64,000 bases of DNA from Candidatus Woesearchaeota archaeon CG10_big_fil_rev_8_21_14_0_10_44_13 (GTDB lineage: Archaea; Nanobdellota; Nanobdellia; Woesearchaeales; UBA12501). A program made the translations under genes and the position numbers. The first letter of the stretch is position 1; each line of letters opens with the position of its first letter. The DNA lies in NCBI GenBank assembly GCA_002762985.1, contig PCXZ01000030.1, forward strand, positions 80,399 through 144,398, in the 5' to 3' direction. Shown piece after piece: positions 9,441 to 18,151 of the stretch. The notes beneath the pieces are model-generated. The model was not told the DNA's origin. It made no database searches and saw only the letters and a list, made by a program, of their open reading frames with translations.

Positions 9441-10475
9441 ATGATAATAAAAACAGGTGAACCTAAGAAAATGGCCCATTTTGTCTCAATAATAGTGCCT
9501 GTGAAGAATGAACTGAAGTATATCATCGAGTGTGTCAATTCCCTCCTGAATGTCGATTACCCGAAAAACAGCTACGAGATCATCGTAGTGCTTGATAAGA
9601 ATGCGACAGCTGAAGTCGAGAGGGCATTGTCAACTTTCAGGGGAAGGATAAAGGTCGTGAGATCAAAGAGATCAGGGTCAGCTGCGAACAGGAACCTGGG
9701 AGTGATGAAAGCTGACAAAAGGGCGGCATATTTCGCATTCACGGATGCTGACTGCATAGTCAGCAAGAACTGGCTGGGCAGCCTTGTTCACAGGATAAAT
9801 AATTCAAGCAAGGACATAGGCTGCGTAGGCGGATTGAATCTTGTGCCAGAATCAGACAATCAGTTTGCAAAGCTTATCGGCGCAATAGAACAGACCTTGC
9901 TCGGAGGGGGAGGGTCTGCGCAGTCTGCAGTCACAAAGAGGATGAGAATAGTCCAGTCAATACCGAACTGCAATGCCCTGTACAGGAAAGAGCTGTGGAT
10001 TAAGAACAAGCAGGACGAAAACCTTATAATAGGCCAGGACGGAGAATTCAACTACAGGCTCGGAAAGCAGGGAAATAAGTTCTTGATCATACCTAATGCA
10101 GTCGTATGGCACCACAGGACAAACAGCATAAGGAAGCATGTAAGGAGGATGTACAAGTATGGGGAGGCTGCTGCAAGGGTGTTCAAGCTGCACCCGGGCA
10201 TATTGAAAGCAAGGTGGTATGCCTCTTTGTCCTTGTTCGGGATGGCTCTTGTGATAATACTTTTTGTGATATCATTCTCAAGCATTCTCGCATTATACCT
10301 TCTTGAAGGGCTGGTGATTGCATACCTTGCAATGCTGCTTTTGACTACATTGCAGGTCATAGTAAAGCTGAAAAAACCCATCGCCATATTCACTCCGTTC
10401 ATCCTTGCCCTGCAGCACCTGTTCTACAACATAGGTTTTATGGCTGGGCTTGTGGAAATGGAAACCAGAAAGTGA
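9441..10475 (+). CDS. GT2 glycosyltransferase with C-terminal TM anchor
   Basis: 'VSIIVPVKNE' and 'FTDADCIV' DxD motif, followed by two C-terminal TM helices. An alternative start at 9471 (MAHF) is possible. Confidence 0.7.
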   Translation: MIIKTGEPKKMAHFVSIIVPVKNELKYIIECVNSLLNVDYPKNSYEIIVVLDKNATAEVERALSTFRGRIKVVRSKRSGSAANRNLGVMKADKRAAYFAFTDADCIVSKNWLGSLVHRINNSSKDIGCVGGLNLVPESDNQFAKLIGAIEQTLLGGGGSAQSAVTKRMRIVQSIPNCNALYRKELWIKNKQDENLIIGQDGEFNYRLGKQGNKFLIIPNAVVWHHRTNSIRKHVRRMYKYGEAAARVFKLHPGILKARWYASLSLFGMALVIILFVISFSSILALYLLEGLVIAYLAMLLLTTLQVIVKLKKPIAIFTPFILALQHLFYNIGFMAGLVEMETRK

Positions 10476-10487
10476 TTTATCAGGCCA

Positions 10488-11906
10488 TTATGCCTTCCTG
10501 CAATCAAATATATATGCACTATCTTCCCTGAAGACCTCCCTGCAATATGCGCTTAATCTCTCTGCTGCTTCTTCATTAGGCATCCTGTATATCTCAGGTG
10601 TCTTTGATGTAAGGATCACATAATCTATGCCTAACCTGCCTATATTCCCACTGAGATCGCCGAATATGTCTGCATTGTACTGCATATCAGCCCTGTAATT
10701 GAAAGGCCCCCAGTTGAATGTGGCTACTTTGCCCGGATGCGAGATGATCCACTGGCTCGCATGATACTCGCTGTCTGTCGCTGTCTCCAGCCTGACAAAA
10801 TAGTATGCCGAGAATAAGCCCGCGATGACAGAGCACGCGACCAAGACGGCAGTCATATGGAGGTAGTATCTTTTCAGCCTTATCCTCTCGACAAAATGCC
10901 CCCAGCCGTCAGCTCCGAGTATGGCCAATGGGAACAGCAGGAATGCAAGGTTTCTTGTAGGAGGGAAAGGGGCTATGAACTGGAAGAATGATACAAACAC
11001 AAGGAAAATGACAAATGGATAAATTGTTTTTTTATGCTGCGTTTTCATCCTTGAGAAGAAAGCCAGGAACAATGCGGGCAACCCAACCCTTATTGGTATC
11101 AGATACCAGTAGGAATCTACAACGATCTTTTTTGCTATCCCGAGGCCCGCATTAGGGGGAGGGAATGAGATGTACTTGATCAGCATTGGCATGCTGAGTA
11201 TTGCTGTAGAGGCGGCAAGAAGCGCGATATGCTTTATGAAATCAGACCTTTTCCTTATCAAGACGACAATAAGTAATATGAAGTATGTGAAGCCAAGGTA
11301 AGTGGTATAGCTGTAGAAAAGCAGGACTGAGAATATCAGGGCCAGAATGAAATTCACAGCATAATTCCTGTTCTTCGTGTCTTCGAGCATGCTCAAAAGA
11401 TAGTTGAAGCAGAGCAACGAGAGGATTATGCCTAATATCTGCGGCTGGGCATTGGTCGAGCCCAGGACCATGTATTCAGGGGAAAAGACAGCAAGCGCTG
11501 TAGCAAGCAGGGCCTTCTTTTCATCTAGGAATCTCCTTGCCAGAGGATAGAATGCGAAAACGGCCATTGCCGCAAGCAATGAAGGGAAAAACCTGGCAAA
11601 AAAATCCATCCCGAAATAACTTCCGAACCCCAGGATCACATCGAACAGCGGCGGGTAATTGGGGTAGCTTATGCAGTCCTCAACGCTGATGCTATAGAAT
11701 GCCTTTAAGGGAAACCCCCCGTTCCTGAGGTAACATTCAGCCTTCTGTATGTGCTGCCATGCATCATCGCTTGTAGGGTAAGATGTGTACAAGAAAGGGA
11801 GAAGCATGGCTGCAAATGCCATTAAAAACAGCAGCAGAAGCGTTAAACGGCTTTTGTCTTTAACCATATCTTGGACTATTCCCCTTAAGTTTTTAAATAT
11901 TCCCAT
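10488..11906 (-). CDS. GT-C fold membrane glycosyltransferase, paralog 3
   Basis: 472 aa with ~10 TM helices and a C-terminal soluble domain. Same architecture as the paralogs at 1814-3544, 7875-9431 and 16209-18026. Confidence 0.45.
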   Translation of the reverse strand: MGIFKNLRGIVQDMVKDKSRLTLLLLFLMAFAAMLLPFLYTSYPTSDDAWQHIQKAECYLRNGGFPLKAFYSISVEDCISYPNYPPLFDVILGFGSYFGMDFFARFFPSLLAAMAVFAFYPLARRFLDEKKALLATALAVFSPEYMVLGSTNAQPQILGIILSLLCFNYLLSMLEDTKNRNYAVNFILALIFSVLLFYSYTTYLGFTYFILLIVVLIRKRSDFIKHIALLAASTAILSMPMLIKYISFPPPNAGLGIAKKIVVDSYWYLIPIRVGLPALFLAFFSRMKTQHKKTIYPFVIFLVFVSFFQFIAPFPPTRNLAFLLFPLAILGADGWGHFVERIRLKRYYLHMTAVLVACSVIAGLFSAYYFVRLETATDSEYHASQWIISHPGKVATFNWGPFNYRADMQYNADIFGDLSGNIGRLGIDYVILTSKTPEIYRMPNEEAAERLSAYCREVFREDSAYIFDCRKA

Positions 11907-11912
11907 TAAATC

Positions 11913-12075
11913 GGCTCTGTCCTAAATGAAGGTTAGCATCAATTTGTGAGGCTTCTTCTATATAACAATAAAGACGAGAAGGGGGTTGTCCCTTACGGGG
12001 AATCTCGGCCTTAGGTTAAATAAGCAGAAGCCGAACCGATGCTAACCCGAGTGAAGCGAGATTTAGGACAGAGCC
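11913..12075. mobile_element. MITE-like non-autonomous element (163 bp) with imperfect ~28-bp terminal inverted repeats and a 9-bp target-site duplication
   Basis: The left repeat (GGCTCTGTCCTAAAT-gaa-GGTTAGCATC at 11913-11940) and the right repeat (GATGCTAACC-...-ATTTAGGACAGAGCC at 12038-12075) carry exact reverse-complement blocks of 15 and 10 bp. They are flanked immediately by the direct repeat CATTAAATC at 11904-11912 and 12076-12084. Confidence 0.55.
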
Positions 12076-12202
12076 CATTAAATCAGGATTCTTGCGCACG
12101 CACAGCGACGGGGTGGGACTACATTAATCCGTAAGGATTTATCGATGTTGCTTGAATTAGTCGGAGGGCTAAAGCTTTAGCTTTATGCCCCCCTTAGTGT
12201 TG

Positions 12203-12290
12203 CGCTCGACTTGAAAATCGCGGTTGCGGATTTTCAAGATCTGAAAATGGCTTTGCCATTTTCAGCAGATGCGCGTAACCATCTCGAGCG
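12203..12290. repeat. Three-way hairpin cluster: two near-identical 10-12 bp hairpins enclosed by a 7-bp outer stem
   Basis: Hairpin 1 is cTTGAAAATCGC-ggtt-GCgGATTTTCAAg (12210-12238). Hairpin 2 is CTGAAAATGG-ctttg-CCATTTTCAG (12241-12265). The outer stem is CGCTCGA / TCGAGCG (12203-12209 / 12284-12290). An additional hairpin lies at 12166-12190. Confidence 0.5.
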
Positions 12291-12352
12291 GGACGGTTTT
12301 TGAGGAAAAAATGCCTTTTAAGTTACAACAATACACGAATTTCCCATCGCAA

Positions 12353-12365
12353 CCTTTAAATAACC
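12353..12365 (+). promoter_or_regulatory. TATA-like box (CCTTTAAATAACC) upstream of asnB
   Basis: A/T box 20-32 nt upstream of the ATG at 12385. The same spacing recurs at other genes (3574-3583, 32072-32086, 33251-33263), consistent with archaeal leaderless promoters. Confidence 0.4.
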
Positions 12366-12384
12366 AAGTATAAAATAAAACATT

Positions 12385-14319
12385 ATGTGCGGGATAAACG
12401 GCATAGCTGGGTTCGAGGACAAGGAACTCATAAAGAGGATGAATGATGCAGTCGCCCACAGGGGCCCTGATGATTCAGGATTCTTCTCTGACAGGAATGT
12501 TTGCCTCGGCCACAGGAGATTGAGCATAATCGACCTGAGCAAGAGGGGCCACCAGCCCATGTGCAACGAGAACAAGGATATCTGGATAGTTTTCAATGGC
12601 GAGATATACAACTTCAGGGAGCTGAAGAAAGAGCTTGATGAGAAAGGCCATAGGTTCAGCAGCGATTCTGATACAGAGGCGATAATCCACCTTTATGAGG
12701 AGGAAGGGATTGGCTGCGTCAGGAGGCTCAAGGGCATCTTTGCGTTCGCGATATATGATTCGAAAAAGAAGATCGTCTTCATCGCCCGGGACCAGCTTGG
12801 GGTGAAGCCATTGCATTACGCTTTTGTGGATAATGGCAGCAACATGCTCTTCGCGTCAGAGATAAAATCGATCCTCCAATGCGAAAATGTAAGGAGGGAA
12901 GTGAACCTCAATGGCCTCCATAAATTCATGAACTTCAATTACATATTCGGCGGCGAGACATTGTTCAGGGGCATCTTCAAGCTCAACCCTGGCCATTGCT
13001 TGGTCTATGATATAAAGACGAAAAAGCACAGGATAGGTAAGTACTGGGAATTGAAGATAGAGAAGACAGACCACCCCGAGGATTATTATGTCGGAAGGAT
13101 AAGGGAAGGGCTTTCAGAATCGATAAGGATGCAGCTTGTCTCTGATGTGCCTTTAGGGGTTTTCCTCTCAGGAGGCATTGATTCAAGCTCTATCGTGGCA
13201 TTGATGTCGGAATTCGATGACATTGAAAAGCCGATAAAGACCTATGCAGTAGGGTTCAATGAGCCATGGGATGAACTGCATGATGCAAAAAGGGTCAGCG
13301 ATAAGTTCGGCACTGACCACCATGAGATCTATGTCGAAAGCGATGTCCTTAAGCATTACCCTGAGTTCATATGGCATATGGACACGCCAAAGACCAACAT
13401 AAGCCCGCAATTCTACATCTCGAAGCTTGCAAAAAGGTCTGTGACTGTCGCATTGACGGGCCTCGGAGGAGATGAGCTTTTTGCCGGCTATAGGAGGCAT
13501 AAGTATTATTACCATCAGGAAAAAATAAGCGCGATGATACCTGAATCCCTCGGGAAGCCTTTCTTCAGCGCGATGAGCAGGATAGCATTGTCAAACTACC
13601 TCAAAAGAGGGATGATATACCTTGCAAACATACATGATGAAGAGAAGACCTACACTATCGCTGCGCCGTTGCTTGTCTATGAGGATGAGAGGGACGACCT
13701 TTATGGAGAGGGGATGAAGAAGGCAGGATTGCAGGATTTCAAGGACATGCTCAAGCCTTATCTCTCACAGAAGACCAAGAATGATGATGCTGATTATTAC
13801 AACCAGACGCTGAAGATGGAGATAAAGACATACCTCAATGATGACCTCCTCGAGAGGATGGACAGGATGTCCATGGCCCATGCTGTTGAAGCTAGGGTCC
13901 CGTTCCTCGACCATGATTTTGTAGAGTTCGCATTCTCGATACCAAACAAGTACAGGAGGTTCAAGCTAGGCACAACATCAGGCAAGGACCTTCTGTGCAA
14001 GGCCATGAAGGGCAAGGTCCCTGATTTTGTCTTCAAGAAGAAGAAGGTCGGATTCAACATGAGCCCTTATTACTGGTTCAAGGCCCACCTGAGGGAGCAC
14101 ATAAAGAACATACTGACGAAAGAGGCAGTGTACAGGAGGGGGCTTTTCAGCTACAAGTATGTGGAGAGATTCCTGAACAAGAAGCCGTCTGAAAACCTCT
14201 ATTACCAGTACCAGACATTGTGGAACATGATGGCATTCGAGATATGGCACCAGATGTATATCGATGCTGACAGGAAGCGGATCATGAAGCCGAAGATGGG
14301 GATAGAGGATTATTCATGA
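12385..14319 (+). CDS. asnB: Asparagine synthetase (glutamine-hydrolysing) family amidotransferase
   Basis: N-terminal 'MCGI' catalytic Cys of class II glutamine amidotransferases and the 'SGGIDSS' PP-loop. The length of 644 aa fits the family. Confidence 0.85.
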   Translation: MCGINGIAGFEDKELIKRMNDAVAHRGPDDSGFFSDRNVCLGHRRLSIIDLSKRGHQPMCNENKDIWIVFNGEIYNFRELKKELDEKGHRFSSDSDTEAIIHLYEEEGIGCVRRLKGIFAFAIYDSKKKIVFIARDQLGVKPLHYAFVDNGSNMLFASEIKSILQCENVRREVNLNGLHKFMNFNYIFGGETLFRGIFKLNPGHCLVYDIKTKKHRIGKYWELKIEKTDHPEDYYVGRIREGLSESIRMQLVSDVPLGVFLSGGIDSSSIVALMSEFDDIEKPIKTYAVGFNEPWDELHDAKRVSDKFGTDHHEIYVESDVLKHYPEFIWHMDTPKTNISPQFYISKLAKRSVTVALTGLGGDELFAGYRRHKYYYHQEKISAMIPESLGKPFFSAMSRIALSNYLKRGMIYLANIHDEEKTYTIAAPLLVYEDERDDLYGEGMKKAGLQDFKDMLKPYLSQKTKNDDADYYNQTLKMEIKTYLNDDLLERMDRMSMAHAVEARVPFLDHDFVEFAFSIPNKYRRFKLGTTSGKDLLCKAMKGKVPDFVFKKKKVGFNMSPYYWFKAHLREHIKNILTKEAVYRRGLFSYKYVERFLNKKPSENLYYQYQTLWNMMAFEIWHQMYIDADRKRIMKPKMGIEDYS

Positions 14320-16178
14320 AAAACATGAAAAAGGCAGGCAGGAAGAAAGGGAGAGATGACAAGAAGGTAATGAAAGGCCTGGATGGGGGGAAAGGAGCAA
14401 AGTCAGCAAAAACAAAAGACAGAACAATGAAAACCCTTTTCTTCGATGATGATAATATAATGGTGCATGTAGGCGGCGATTCTGTCAAAAGGAACGCAAA
14501 AGAATACCTCACAAAAGAGGATTATGCCTACATGGACAATGAGACATATAAGTTCTTCATGGATTTCGCAGGGCTTCATCCTGACCTCAGGGATTATTTC
14601 GATTACAACGGCATGAATGTCCTGGATTTTGTCGAGGAAGAATTTTGCTTCAAATCAATATTCTCTTACACCATAAAGGACATAGTGAGGGCTATCGGCA
14701 CTACGATGAAGGTGATAGACGCTGAGCAGCCTTTCAAGGTTATAGTGAAAGATGATGTCTCGATAAAAAACAGATGTGCGTTGATGACGGCAAGGGCGAT
14801 GGGCATGAAAACAGGCATAAGCTCGTTTGGATTGCCAAAAAGGATCAATAAGCTCATAAGATCCGATCTTATGTCATATGGTTATGAGATATACCTCAAA
14901 ATCCAGAAATTCAGGAGAAGATTGGACCAGAGGATGGAAAAGGGCAGGGGAGGGATATTGCTGCTGCCATATTATGCTAACCATGCTGATGTCATGAGCC
15001 CGATCATAAGCCTGCTGAAAAAGAAAAAAGAGGATTTTGATGTCGTATGCGTAGATAATATCTTCAATGTTACGAAAAAAAGGCTTGACAGGTATGGGAT
15101 AGGTTATGAGATATTTGAGCATTATTCCAACAAGAAGGTGATGAGTCTTGTGGATACCAATGAAGAGGAATTCAGGGCAAAATGGAAACAGCTCGATAAG
15201 GATATTGAGGCCCAGAACGAGATCAGGTACAGGAAGATAGGTTTGTGGGATATCCTCAGGCCCAGGCTAAGGTTCCTCTTCCTCAGGAGATTCGCACAGG
15301 TCTCAGAGTACATAGAGACAACAAGGCATATGATCTCTGTAAAGAAGCCTTCAATAATTGTGATAGCGAATGACACATCGACTTATGGTAGGGTCGCTGC
15401 AGCTGTCTCAGGGATGGAATCAGTGCCAAACCTGCTTGTCCAGCACGGCGCAGTCGCAGACGAACCGAAGTACAACAGGATATTTGCAGATGATATGGCT
15501 GTTGAAGGGCCTGAAGTCAGGAGATTCTTTATTGAGAAGGGCCTTCCGGAAAACAAGTTCATGGTTACAGGCCAGCCAAGATATGATGTCCTTGCGAGAA
15601 GGGAAGGGATACCGGGCAGGGATGAGATGTGCAGCAAGCTTGGCATAGACGGCAAAAAGAAGGTGATTGTCCTTGCAACACAGGTCCCAGAATGCAATGA
15701 GAAGGTAGTAAGGGCAGTCTATGATGCAGTAAAAGGCATGCAGGACTGCTTTCTTGTAGTGAAGCTCCATCCTGCTGAAAGGACAGACAGGATGTACCAG
15801 GACCTGAGAAAGGAGACAGGGATAAAGAATATAGTGATAGGGAAGGATATCCACCTCTATGGCCTGTTGAATGCCTGCGAGCTCATGATTACTGTCTTCT
15901 CGACTACTGCATTAGAGGCCATGATGCTTGACAGGCCCGTGATCACGATCAACCTGACAGGAGAGCCTGACATGATGCCATACGCAAGCTCTGGAGCTGC
16001 TCTAGGAGTCTACAAGGCAGATGACCTTAAGGATGCGATTGAAAAGGTCATGCATGACAGGAAGACAAAGGAAGCATTGGATAAGAATAGGGAGAAATTC
16101 GTCTATGGCCTTGTCTATAAGATGGATGGTAAGGCGAGCGAGAGGGTTTATTCCCTTATGAAAAATTTGAGAAGATGA
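14316..16178 (+). CDS. GT-B-like capsule/teichoic-type polysaccharide biosynthesis protein (KpsS/LpsZ / TagF-like family)
   Basis: The C-terminal 'VVKLHPAERTD...VFSTTALEAMMLDRPVITI' resembles the HP motif of Capsule_synth / CDP-glycerol glycerophosphotransferase families. The start overlaps the asnB stop (ATGA). Confidence 0.35.
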   Translation: MKNMKKAGRKKGRDDKKVMKGLDGGKGAKSAKTKDRTMKTLFFDDDNIMVHVGGDSVKRNAKEYLTKEDYAYMDNETYKFFMDFAGLHPDLRDYFDYNGMNVLDFVEEEFCFKSIFSYTIKDIVRAIGTTMKVIDAEQPFKVIVKDDVSIKNRCALMTARAMGMKTGISSFGLPKRINKLIRSDLMSYGYEIYLKIQKFRRRLDQRMEKGRGGILLLPYYANHADVMSPIISLLKKKKEDFDVVCVDNIFNVTKKRLDRYGIGYEIFEHYSNKKVMSLVDTNEEEFRAKWKQLDKDIEAQNEIRYRKIGLWDILRPRLRFLFLRRFAQVSEYIETTRHMISVKKPSIIVIANDTSTYGRVAAAVSGMESVPNLLVQHGAVADEPKYNRIFADDMAVEGPEVRRFFIEKGLPENKFMVTGQPRYDVLARREGIPGRDEMCSKLGIDGKKKVIVLATQVPECNEKVVRAVYDAVKGMQDCFLVVKLHPAERTDRMYQDLRKETGIKNIVIGKDIHLYGLLNACELMITVFSTTALEAMMLDRPVITINLTGEPDMMPYASSGAALGVYKADDLKDAIEKVMHDRKTKEALDKNREKFVYGLVYKMDGKASERVYSLMKNLRR

Positions 16179-16208
16179 TGAAAGGGATGATGGATACATG
16201 GTAAATCC

Positions 16209-18026
16209 TTAACTCCTAGAAATCCTATAGAAGAATATCTGATTTTTTTCGTCATAATATAAAAGAGTCATGTTTAGATTGGAATATGCATTGAGCTGTT
16301 CTTGCAAGGGGATATCTTTAATGGGGATTATCAGCACATAAGAGATATTGTAATAATCAATCTCCTGCTCATCCCTCCTGAGGAACAATGAGGCATTCAC
16401 AAGCCCTTTCTCATCGATTATATAATGGGAGTATTTGCCTAACAGCCCCTCTATCTGCATGAGATAGCTTTGCTCCCTTTTCTCGTCGAGTTTGGCCTGG
16501 TAATAAGGGTCCATCACTGCCCTCATCCTAGTATAATGATAGACCTCCCATGTTGGGGTCATGATCACTCCATGCCTGTCAAGATTTGCAGAAGCCCATC
16601 TGCCCAATCTTTCAAGGCCCTGCTGCTCGCTGAGAAACTGCTGCTGAGGGGATCTTGTATAATCAAGCAGGCTGGAAAGGTCGTAAAATGAGAATGCGAT
16701 TGTTGCTATGATGAATAGGGCTGTCCAAAAAACACGGCTTGGCTTTTTCCTCTTCTTCAATATGGATAGGACATGATTGACTGCGATAGGCGCACCCATC
16801 AAAAAGAAGGGAAAGAAATACCTGTCCCTCCATAAATACCACCCGCCTATTGAAACGAAGTAGGCCATGGAGAATATGATGGATGATACCAAGAATATCT
16901 TCTCATAATCTGAAAGATCATGCTTCAGATGGCATATCAGCTTATCAGCTGCGCTGCCATGGCTGCTACCCCCATTGCGCATGAACCTGCCGGTCGGTTT
17001 GCCAAGGAATCTGTCGATAAATGAGAGTATGAGGAATATGAGGATTAAAGGGGTGAATATCCAAGGCAGACGGAATATCATCTTATATGCTGTGAAAACC
17101 TTCGCATTGATTATGTTGGCAGGCGGCTCGCTCAGATAAGACTGCAGTGTTGGCTGGCTTGTATCATACATGAGCCTGTGCCAGTTAAGCGAATATTTGT
17201 AGAGATTTGTGGCGCTATAGAAAGGTTTTCCAAAATTGTCATAGGTGTATAACCCAAGAGGCACCATGATTATGGCGAAGGCCAGGACCATCATCATGAG
17301 GCCTTTCTTGCTTATGTCCCTCTTCTCGAAGAAAATGAAGAACATGAACAGTAGCATGATTGAGCCGAAAAAAACCAGGCCGAGATAGTTGATATAAGTG
17401 AGTATCGCAAATAGTATTCCCGATGCGATATAATGCTTAGGTTCATTCTTTTTGAACGTGAAGTAGAGGGAAGTTATTGTCAAGACGAAGAAAAAGAAAT
17501 AAACGCTTTCCCTCATTATTATCCCTGCAGAGTATATAGAGGTGGCATTTACTGCAACAATCAACGTCGATATGACCCCCACAGTCCGATTGTATAAGCG
17601 GGACGAGAGCAGATATATTATGACCAGCATAAGGATGTAAAAAAACAATGAAGAGAGTTTTGCTATCGCTATCGAGCTGCCGAAAAGCCAGAATGCCCCT
17701 GCAAGGATATAATGATAGCCAGGAGGGTAGACTGGGCTTGGATAAGGGATTAAAGGGATCCTGAACCAGTATGTCCATACAAAATCCTGCACAGGGCCTT
17801 TCCCATCATGGATGTTCTCTGCAATATTATAATGGTATGCCTCATCACCTCTTTCAAGGAACCTGTCGAATCCGGCAGTAGTCGTTATGAAATATAAGAC
17901 GCAACCTGCGCCTGCAGCAAGGATAAGCATGACCAACAAGAACGGCTTAAGTTCATGTTTCATCCCTGTTGATGCGGATTTACTGGATTTCCTGGTTTTC
18001 CTTGTGTTCCTGGTTTTTTTCGCCAT
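16209..18026 (-). CDS. GT-C fold membrane glycosyltransferase, paralog 4
   Basis: 605 aa with ~12 TM helices, a basic N-terminal tail and a C-terminal soluble domain. Confidence 0.45.
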   Translation of the reverse strand: MAKKTRNTRKTRKSSKSASTGMKHELKPFLLVMLILAAGAGCVLYFITTTAGFDRFLERGDEAYHYNIAENIHDGKGPVQDFVWTYWFRIPLIPYPSPVYPPGYHYILAGAFWLFGSSIAIAKLSSLFFYILMLVIIYLLSSRLYNRTVGVISTLIVAVNATSIYSAGIIMRESVYFFFFVLTITSLYFTFKKNEPKHYIASGILFAILTYINYLGLVFFGSIMLLFMFFIFFEKRDISKKGLMMMVLAFAIIMVPLGLYTYDNFGKPFYSATNLYKYSLNWHRLMYDTSQPTLQSYLSEPPANIINAKVFTAYKMIFRLPWIFTPLILIFLILSFIDRFLGKPTGRFMRNGGSSHGSAADKLICHLKHDLSDYEKIFLVSSIIFSMAYFVSIGGWYLWRDRYFFPFFLMGAPIAVNHVLSILKKRKKPSRVFWTALFIIATIAFSFYDLSSLLDYTRSPQQQFLSEQQGLERLGRWASANLDRHGVIMTPTWEVYHYTRMRAVMDPYYQAKLDEKREQSYLMQIEGLLGKYSHYIIDEKGLVNASLFLRRDEQEIDYYNISYVLIIPIKDIPLQEQLNAYSNLNMTLLYYDEKNQIFFYRISRS

Positions 18027-18151
18027 GTTGTCCTTCTTATCCTTGTAGCCGGATTGATTTATCCTATCTTACCCATCTTATCTTTATCTGATGGCATGAT
18101 ATGCCGATAATGACTGGCTGATAAGGGCATGCTGATCATGATACCCCTATC

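Noticed and set aside
11907-12384. Possibility that the structured intergenic region encodes RNase P RNA, SRP RNA or an intron-containing tRNA
   Set aside because: None of the universal motifs were found (RNase P CR-I GGAAAGUCC / CR-V ACAGAA, SRP helix-8 AGGUC-GAAA-GGAGCAG, tRNA GTTC T-loop). The TIR + TSD geometry fits a MITE better.
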